Positions 7,282 to 13,726 of a DNA stretch of 30,255 nt are shown here, piece after piece. Origin of the DNA: Candidatus Iainarchaeum sp. (GTDB lineage: Archaea > Iainarchaeota > Iainarchaeia > Iainarchaeales > 0-14-0-20-34-12); contig JAUSKK010000014.1 in NCBI GenBank assembly GCA_030649345.1, positions 1-30,255 on the forward strand, read 5' to 3'. The notes beneath the pieces are model-generated. The model was not told the origin of the DNA and searched no databases. It saw nothing but the letters and a program-made list of their open reading frames with translations. The position numbers and the translations under genes were made by a program. Positions within the stretch are counted from its first letter, which is position 1; each line of letters begins with the position of its first letter.

Positions 7282-8243
7282 TTGATTTTCACGTTCCAAG
7301 TATTTAATAATTTTAATTTTTCTAAAGCAATATCTAAAGGTACGTCCCATAGTCTGTCGTTGGGTCCCAGGTAATAGTTTCCGGAAAAAGTTGAATTTTT
7401 CAAAAACAAGTTTAATTGTTTTTGCACTAAATTTTTGTTTTCAATTCCAGCTCTGCTTCCATCCAATATCCCGAATAAAATATCTTTGGATGTCGAAACA
7501 TCTCCTGGCTGAGTATACAAAGCATCAATTCCAACAAAATTAATTTTCGTTTCTTCAATTTCTTTCAATATTTTGCCTGCATTGGCTTTTGCAAAATGAA
7601 CTCCTGTAGTGAATTCGCTTGAATCAAACTTTTTCAAAGGCTCTTGGATCAAATTGTAGTCTATTTCTTTCTGCTGGGATAAACTATATCCAATATAAGG
7701 CTCCAAAAATAAAACGGCAGAATACCCGCTTTTTTTTAAATTCGAAATATTTTTTGAAACTCCTTGAATGTAATCACACGCTAATTGTGTAATATCTGAA
7801 TAATGGGTATTTTCTACTAATTTTGAAAAAGAATACGGGCCCAATAAAAATACAATTCCATTTTCTTTTAATTTGGGCAAATTTTCGTTTAATTCAAAAC
7901 CAGTTGCGCTTATTTTTTCATTGACTGTAGGTTTCCGATAAAATGTATTGGTTCGAAACCAGCGAGTTACGGGTCCGACATTTTCGGGTTTTAAATTTTT
8001 TGAATCAAAACCATTCCACGTGCAAGCAAGAGGTCTAATTAAATCCAGCCAATTGGATTGTCCTGCAGAAACAAATGCAAAGTTTTTTTGAGTATCTAAA
8101 ATTTTCTGCTGGTCTGTCCAAATAGCTTGTTCGAATTCTTCTATTTTTGCATGGCCGTCCCTAACCAATCTGTGCACTGCAGCTGTATGGGTAGACCTGG
8201 ATATGCGTCCTATGGCAATAGGTCCTTGAAATGTTTTGGGCAT
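7278..8243 (-). CDS. MetE N-terminal-barrel-like (Meth_synt_1-like) protein encoded as a separate gene
   Basis: PVTRWFRTNTFYRKP matches the KWFdTNYHYivPe motif of the MetE N-domain. No H-x-C or C zinc-ligand motifs are seen. The gene is translationally coupled to the catalytic-domain gene. Confidence 0.65.
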   Translation of the reverse strand: MPKTFQGPIAIGRISRSTHTAAVHRLVRDGHAKIEEFEQAIWTDQQKILDTQKNFAFVSAGQSNWLDLIRPLACTWNGFDSKNLKPENVGPVTRWFRTNTFYRKPTVNEKISATGFELNENLPKLKENGIVFLLGPYSFSKLVENTHYSDITQLACDYIQGVSKNISNLKKSGYSAVLFLEPYIGYSLSQQKEIDYNLIQEPLKKFDSSEFTTGVHFAKANAGKILKEIEETKINFVGIDALYTQPGDVSTSKDILFGILDGSRAGIENKNLVQKQLNLFLKNSTFSGNYYLGPNDRLWDVPLDIALEKLKLLNTWNVKIK

Positions 8244-8516
8244 ATATTCTTAATTGAGGATTATGTTTATAAGAATATTTCTTGTTAAATATATTCTCAT
8301 ATGAATAACTTATTCTTTTCTTAATTTTTTAAGTTACGTTTAAACTTGTTGAGTGCTTTGCGGTTGAATGCAGTACCTTTAATTGGTTTTGTTCCTGAAT
8401 CTTCTCTCCAGGCATTACTTTTGAATATGCATTTGTTTTTTGAACTTTTTTTGTTTCAGAGTTTAGTTTCCGAATTCGTTTTCCATAAATAACTATTCTG
8501 TATTAGTAAGTATACT

Positions 8517-8558
8517 GTAAAATCTTCGATTTTGCATATCCACAAACTGTGTTTGTGG
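8517..8558. repeat. Two adjacent perfect hairpins (GTAAAATC-TTC-GATTTTGC and CCACAAAC-TGT-GTTTGTGG), related in inverted orientation to tRNA-intron hairpins
   Basis: Bases 8517-8535 match the reverse complement of 688-706 at 18 of 19 positions. The second hairpin resembles the reverse complement of 663-681 (shared CACAAA arm and the same stem-loop design). Confidence 0.6.
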
Positions 8559-8695
8559 TATAGAGTTGTTTTCCAACAAATAGTTCCAGCACACAAATTC
8601 TTAACACACGCAAATAAGGCCTTTTGCAGGCAATTTAACCGGAAATAGGGGAAGTCTGGTTGCTGAATGGTTTTAAACTAAATGAACTGTAGTTT

Positions 8696-10801
8696 GTGGG
8701 TGTGTGTGTGGATACTAAGCTTTCATTTGAAGAAAATCCTTTGGTTGCCAAATTTGAAGACTTTTTTCAGCAAGTTTTGCGCAAAAATATTGATAAATTG
8801 GCAGAAAGTTATCCGCAAAAACGCAGTTTGGATGTAGACTTTAAATTATTGGAAAAATTTGATTACGAGTTAGCGGATGAATTATTGGAAAATCCTGATT
8901 TGGTTTTAGAAGCTGCTAGTTTAGCGATTGAAAAAATTAATGTTCCTACCTTGCGCGAGCAAACATTCTCTCCGCATATTCGCTTTTTTTCTTTATCTGA
9001 AGACCGGACTGTATTGCTGCGAAATATTGGAGCTCAGCATTTAGAAAAATTAGTGACTGTGGAAGGAATCATTAAACAAATTACGGATGTTTTACCTAAA
9101 CTAAAGGTTGCAGCTTGGAAATGCAAGTATTGCGGAAACATGTATAAAGTGGACCAAAATAAACCAGAATTAACTCAGCCGGCTTTTTGTGAGTGTCGTC
9201 ATCGTGATTTTCAATTGCAAGTAGAAGAAAGCACTTTTATTAATTATCAAAAAGTCGGAATCCAAGAACCTTTGGAATTGTTGAAAGGAAATGATCAGCC
9301 TACTGATTTAGATGTGTATTTATCGGATGATATGGTCAATCGAGTGAGTGCAGGAGATAAAATAAAAATTGCTGGAATTATTCGGTTGGGCGGAAACAAA
9401 AAAGGATTGGTGTTTGGAAGATACATTGAATCTTTGCATATTGAAGAAACTGAAAAAGAATTTGAAGAACTTGAAATTTCAGAAGAAGAAGAAAAACAAA
9501 TCAAAGAATTGGCTCAAGATACTGGAATTTATTCCAAGTTGGTTTCCAGTATTGCTACTGGAATTTATGGTCATGAAACAGTCAAAGAAGCCATTGCTTT
9601 GCAATTATTTGGTGGAGTCAAAAAAGCCTTGCCTGGCCAGCAAGCGATTCGCGGAAATATTCACATTTTATTGGTAGGTGATCCAGGTGTTGGAAAATCC
9701 ATGTTATTGCTTTCTGCAAATGCGATTGCTCCGCGAAGTATTTATGTAGGCGGAAAAACAGCTTCATCTGCAGGTCTTTCTGCAACAGCTGTAAAAGATG
9801 AATTCGGTGAAGGCGGTTGGACTTTGAAAGCTGGTGCTTTGGTTTTAGCCAGCGGTGGTTTAGCGAATATTGATGAAATGGATAAAATGGATGCAGATGA
9901 TCGAGGTGCTTTGCACGAATGCCTTGAACAGCAAAGTATTAGTGTAGCCAAGGCCGGAATTATTACTCGGTTTAAAACAGAAACCAGTTTGTTGGCTGCT
10001 GCGAATCCTAAATTTTCTAGATTTGACATTTACCAGCCTTTTTTGGAACAAATTGATTTGCCGGCTAGTTTAATTTCTAGATTTGATTTATTTTTTATGA
10101 TTAAAGATGTATTGGATAAAACCAAAGACACAGAAATTGCCCAGTATATTTTGAAAACCCATCAATCCGGAGAACGGTTGCTTCAAGCTAAAACACAAGG
10201 AAAAGAATTGGGTGCGAAAGAATTAACGGAAATTAAAAAATTAATTGTTCCAGCCATTGATTCAGATACATTCAAAAAATATGTTTCGTATGCACGCCAA
10301 AATATTTTTCCAGTATTATCCAAAGAAGCAATTCAATTAATTTCAGATTTTTATGTGGACTTGCGTGAAAAAGGAAAACAAGACGGACATTATGCTGCAA
10401 CCCACAGACAATTAGAAGGATTGATTCGTTTAAGCGAAGCTTCTGCACGCGTTCGATTAAGTGACGTAGTTGAAATCGAAGACGCTGAGCGTGCAACAAG
10501 ATTGTTTAGATTGTCTTTAGAAGAAACCATGACTGACCCAACTACTGGAAAAATTGACATTGACATTGTAGCTACTGGTCAATCGCACAGCCAATTAGAG
10601 CAATTAAAGAAAGTTTTGCAAATCATTAAAGATAAAGCCAAAGAAATAGATCAAGTGCCTTTGGATCTAGTTTTAGACCAAGCAGAAAGCATTGGAATTG
10701 ACAAAGATAAAGCTAGAGAAATTATTAAAAAATTAGAAAAGAAAGGGGAAATTTACAGGCCAAGATATAATTTAATTAAACCCACTCAATTCAATGAGTA
10801 A
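8696..10801 (+). CDS. mcm: MCM replicative helicase
   Basis: A zinc motif (CKYCGN...CECRHRDF) is present. Walker A is GDPGVGKS, Walker B is IDEMDKM, and the arginine finger is SRFDL. A C-terminal winged-helix-like tail follows. There is no in-frame ATG near the 5' end. Candidate starts are the GTG codons at 8696, 8702 and 8708, all inside a GTGGGTGTGTGTGTGG run. Confidence 0.9.
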   Translation: MGVCVDTKLSFEENPLVAKFEDFFQQVLRKNIDKLAESYPQKRSLDVDFKLLEKFDYELADELLENPDLVLEAASLAIEKINVPTLREQTFSPHIRFFSLSEDRTVLLRNIGAQHLEKLVTVEGIIKQITDVLPKLKVAAWKCKYCGNMYKVDQNKPELTQPAFCECRHRDFQLQVEESTFINYQKVGIQEPLELLKGNDQPTDLDVYLSDDMVNRVSAGDKIKIAGIIRLGGNKKGLVFGRYIESLHIEETEKEFEELEISEEEEKQIKELAQDTGIYSKLVSSIATGIYGHETVKEAIALQLFGGVKKALPGQQAIRGNIHILLVGDPGVGKSMLLLSANAIAPRSIYVGGKTASSAGLSATAVKDEFGEGGWTLKAGALVLASGGLANIDEMDKMDADDRGALHECLEQQSISVAKAGIITRFKTETSLLAAANPKFSRFDIYQPFLEQIDLPASLISRFDLFFMIKDVLDKTKDTEIAQYILKTHQSGERLLQAKTQGKELGAKELTEIKKLIVPAIDSDTFKKYVSYARQNIFPVLSKEAIQLISDFYVDLREKGKQDGHYAATHRQLEGLIRLSEASARVRLSDVVEIEDAERATRLFRLSLEETMTDPTTGKIDIDIVATGQSHSQLEQLKKVLQIIKDKAKEIDQVPLDLVLDQAESIGIDKDKAREIIKKLEKKGEIYRPRYNLIKPTQFNE

Positions 10802-10855
10802 AGTTTAAATATGTTTTGATATGAAATAATATGTATAATTATGTTTGGTGATTGA

Positions 10856-11122
10856 ATGTATGAAAGTATTGCAGTAATTGGTGAACGTGGTCAGATAACC
10901 ATTCCGAAAGACATTCGTGAACTTGAGGGATTAAAACCCAAAGATAAAGTAATTGTAAAAATTGAAGATAATAAAATTGTGGTTGAAAAAGCAGTGCAAA
11001 GAAGCCAAAATGATAAACTGTTGATTGAGTATTTTTCAAAATATGCTCAAATAGAAAAAAAAATTGCAGACGACTGGGTGCAGGTCAGTAATGAATCGGA
11101 TGCGATGCTGAATGATTATTAA
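10856..11122 (+). CDS. AbrB/SpoVT (MazE-like) antitoxin
   Basis: IGERGQITIPKDIRELEGLKPKDKVIVKIEDNKIVVEK is a typical swapped-hairpin AbrB-type motif. GGTGAT lies just upstream of the ATG. The gene overlaps the toxin gene by 11 nt. Confidence 0.8.
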   Translation: MYESIAVIGERGQITIPKDIRELEGLKPKDKVIVKIEDNKIVVEKAVQRSQNDKLLIEYFSKYAQIEKKIADDWVQVSNESDAMLNDY

Positions 11123-11459
11123 GCGTGGAGATATTGTGCTGGTTAGTTTAGATCCTGTTTTGGGTTCTGAACAAGGGAAAACGCGTCCTTGTTTGATTGT
11201 GCAGAACGATATTGGCAACCAATATAGTTCGAATACTATTGTTGTGCCATTAACTTCTGTTTTACCGGATAAAAATTATCCAACAGTTGTTGTAATTCAG
11301 CGCGGAGAAGCCGGCCTGCCTAAAGACAGTGCAATTTTATGTACTCAAATTCGAACCATTTCTAAGGATCACCGTATTGTTTCAAAATTAGGTTCACTAA
11401 AACAAGCTCAAATGAAGCAAGTGAATCATGCACTCAAAGTAAGTTTGGCATTGGATTAA
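11112..11459 (+). CDS. mazF: MazF/PemK-family endoribonuclease toxin
   Basis: IKRGDIVLVSLDPVLGSEQGKTRPCLIVQND...VVPLTS is the canonical PemK/MazF N-terminal signature. Confidence 0.85.
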   Translation: MIIKRGDIVLVSLDPVLGSEQGKTRPCLIVQNDIGNQYSSNTIVVPLTSVLPDKNYPTVVVIQRGEAGLPKDSAILCTQIRTISKDHRIVSKLGSLKQAQMKQVNHALKVSLALD

Positions 11460-11489
11460 TTTCGATAGAATTTGCTTAATTTTGTTAGT

Positions 11490-11858
11490 TTATCCTTGTT
11501 CTACTTTGACTTGAACTTGAGGATAAATTTTTCTTTCCTGAATTTGTGCTTGAATTTCTACTTCTAAATTGGCTTTGGTTCTTTCCGTTAAATTTTGAGG
11601 TCCGGAAATTTTTACTACAAATTGAGCAGTTTCATTTTCTAAAAAAGTTGGGCCTTCAATTTTTTGTAATACAAACAATTCCGGCTGGTCTGCTAATTCC
11701 AACAAAGTAATGCTGCGAATCATTCCGATGGCTGCTGTAGAATTATTCACTTGAGCAAATCCTGAAATAATGACTACACACAAAGTTAGTCCAATTACAG
11801 TTACTAACAAGAATTCAATACTGGTTTGAGCTGTTTGATTAATCGGTTTGAGTAACAT
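11490..11858 (-). CDS. Class III signal peptide (prepilin-like) protein, 122 aa
   Basis: The N-terminus is MLLKPINQTA/QTSIEFLLVTVIGLTL. The ATG at 11858 is preceded by AAGGAG. The ORF-track start at 11882 is a TTG. Confidence 0.7.
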   Translation of the reverse strand: MLLKPINQTAQTSIEFLLVTVIGLTLCVVIISGFAQVNNSTAAIGMIRSITLLELADQPELFVLQKIEGPTFLENETAQFVVKISGPQNLTERTKANLEVEIQAQIQERKIYPQVQVKVEQG

Positions 11859-12315
11859 GTACAACTCCTTGTACTTTTTCAATCACCAATTGAATTTGCG
11901 TGCTTAAATTGCTTTCCAAATTAGTGCAAGTTAAATTGATGTTGGAAGGTAAAGAATAAGTTTTTGAACAAACTTGATTCGGGCAAGCGCTTAAAGTTTC
12001 AGGATGTTCTAATTGAACTTGAGAAGTTAAAGTTTTTGTGACTGCATTGCATACAATTTTGGAATTTTCCGGCAAAAACAAATAGGTTGTAGTTTTACTG
12101 TCTCCGGAAATAGAATAAATTTGTTCAATATTTCCTGTCAATTTTTGTGCAGCTAAAGTGATTTGTCCAACGCGTTGAGTGTCTCGTGCTGCCAGCAAAG
12201 AATCTTGCAAAGAAGGCTGAATAATGGTTTGAACAAACACGAGCAAAATTACAATGAGTATCAAAAACTCAATACTGGATTGTCCTTTTTGATTTATTAA
12301 AAAACGATTGACCAT
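11839..12315 (-). CDS. Class III signal peptide (prepilin-like) protein, 158 aa
   Basis: The N-terminus is MVNRFLINQKG/QSSIEFLILIVILLVF, with Q at +1 and E at +5. Confidence 0.75.
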   Translation of the reverse strand: MVNRFLINQKGQSSIEFLILIVILLVFVQTIIQPSLQDSLLAARDTQRVGQITLAAQKLTGNIEQIYSISGDSKTTTYLFLPENSKIVCNAVTKTLTSQVQLEHPETLSACPNQVCSKTYSLPSNINLTCTNLESNLSTQIQLVIEKVQGVVHVTQTD

Positions 12316-13208
12316 AATATTCCGCCATTTATTAAAACTAAAATATATCCCAACAGCATGGCTGGAACCATGGCTGCAGATTTTTTGACTGCAATTGTGT
12401 TTTCTGTTTTTCCTTCATGTGCCCATTTTTTGATTTCTTGAATTTCTGTTGTTTCCAATCCATTGGCATTGTTGGGTTGAGCCAAAATTTTGAACTCAGC
12501 TGGCTTAAAGGAATTGTATTCTTTGAGCTTAATAATGCTTTCCCAAGGGCTTAAATGAAATCGCTTAAGTTCATTGTTTTCTTCAATAATTAATTCTGCG
12601 CTGATGTCTCCTTCTTGTAATTCTGTGATTTTTTTGATTTCTTCGAATACATTTTTTTTAATCGAAAACATGACTTGAAGTGAATAGGCCATTAGGATTC
12701 CAAACAATCCTGTGAATGCAAGGATTCCAAAATATTGGCTGAATTGAATGCTGGCAATAATTCCCAGCAAAGAAATAATCGTTAAAGGCAGTAACCACTT
12801 TTGTTGTGTTAATTCTTTTTGAATTAATAAAATTAAGTAAGGAACCATGGCCAGAATGCTGAATACAATCCATTCCAAAGGAAATAAAGAAATTCCTGAA
12901 ATAATATGAATTGGGTTTAAGGCACTGACTGCGATTAATAGTTTGGTGTCGCCGTAAGCCCAAGCGCCTATGAAATTTAAAATGATTCCCAAAATACTGG
13001 CTAAAATAATTCCAATCAGTGTAATAATTGCAAGTGAAGTATTTTCGTTAAGTATTGGATAAATAATATTTCCAATGATTCCAAGTAAAAATAATCCAAA
13101 AACAAGCCAGTTGGATACCATTCTTGTTTTCAAATCAGTATAACTGGCTAGAACTAATCCTAAAAGTGAAATGATTATAAAAAAATTAGAAAAAAGGTGT
13201 TCACTCAT
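12297..13208 (-). CDS. Archaeal prepilin/preflagellin peptidase (A24 family, EppA/PibD/FlaK-like) with a ~100-aa soluble insertion before the last TM helix
   Basis: It is polytopic and carries the two catalytic Asp contexts: YTDLKTRMVSN and AYGDTKLL. I prefer the ATG at 13208 (preceded by AGGTG) over the TTG at 13229. Confidence 0.8.
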   Translation of the reverse strand: MSEHLFSNFFIIISLLGLVLASYTDLKTRMVSNWLVFGLFLLGIIGNIIYPILNENTSLAIITLIGIILASILGIILNFIGAWAYGDTKLLIAVSALNPIHIISGISLFPLEWIVFSILAMVPYLILLIQKELTQQKWLLPLTIISLLGIIASIQFSQYFGILAFTGLFGILMAYSLQVMFSIKKNVFEEIKKITELQEGDISAELIIEENNELKRFHLSPWESIIKLKEYNSFKPAEFKILAQPNNANGLETTEIQEIKKWAHEGKTENTIAVKKSAAMVPAMLLGYILVLINGGILWSIVF

Positions 13209-13221
13209 GCTTACACCTTTT

Positions 13222-13398
13222 TTATTCAATTAAGGAAGAAATTACTTTTTCTCGCATGTTTAAAATTTCTTGAACCACTTGTCTTGAAATACTGCTGATT
13301 ACAGTTACAATTACGGCTACGGCTATCACAAAAACTAGAACAAAAGTGATCATGATTAAATAATCAATGCTAACCTGTGCTCTAGTATTGTGTTTCAT
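13222..13398 (-). CDS. Small class III signal peptide (minor-pilin-like) protein, 58 aa, missing from the ORF track
   Basis: My translation is MKHNTRA/QVSIDYLIMITFVLVFVIAVAVIVTVISSISRQVVQEILNMREKVISSLIE*. It has the same Q-x-S-I-[DE]-[FY]-L motif as its neighbours. It starts 7 nt after the upstream stop codon. Confidence 0.6.
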   Translation of the reverse strand: MKHNTRAQVSIDYLIMITFVLVFVIAVAVIVTVISSISRQVVQEILNMREKVISSLIE

Positions 13399-13405
13399 AA
13401 AAATC

Positions 13406-13708
13406 TTATTGTAATACTGGCGGGCCTAAATCACATCTGTTTATGGCAATATCCCAGTGACAGTCAGCTACTTTTACACCGTCTGCATTGTTGGTTGCAT
13501 CAAAGTCACTCCAGTTAGGGTTTTCACATTTATCTTGTGGTAAAGGTTCACATTGAGTTGCAGCTACTCGCGTTGTTGTGGTCGCTGAACTTTGTTGTCC
13601 TAAATTGGATAACAGTGTTAATACAATGGCTGCAATTAATACTGCTCCGCCAATGAGTAACAAATATTCTAATGCTCCTTGTCCTTTTTTTGTATTTACA
13701 TTCTTCAT
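13406..13708 (-). CDS. Class III signal peptide pilin (100 aa) with a C-terminal 4-Cys module; candidate major pilin
   Basis: The N-terminus is MKNVNTKKG/QGALEYLLLIGGAVLIAAIVLTLL. A strong GGAGGT motif lies upstream of the ATG. Cysteines are at positions 53, 61, 83 and 92. Confidence 0.85.
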   Translation of the reverse strand: MKNVNTKKGQGALEYLLLIGGAVLIAAIVLTLLSNLGQQSSATTTTRVAATQCEPLPQDKCENPNWSDFDATNNADGVKVADCHWDIAINRCDLGPPVLQ

Positions 13709-13726
13709 AAATTACCTCCAAAAATA

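Noticed and set aside
7282-7350. Upstream start at 7350 for the MetE catalytic-domain gene
   Set aside because: It would overlap the upstream gene by 73 nt and add a non-conserved basic peptide. The ATG at 7281 gives a classic ATGA stop-start overlap and an N-terminus typical of MetE C-barrels.
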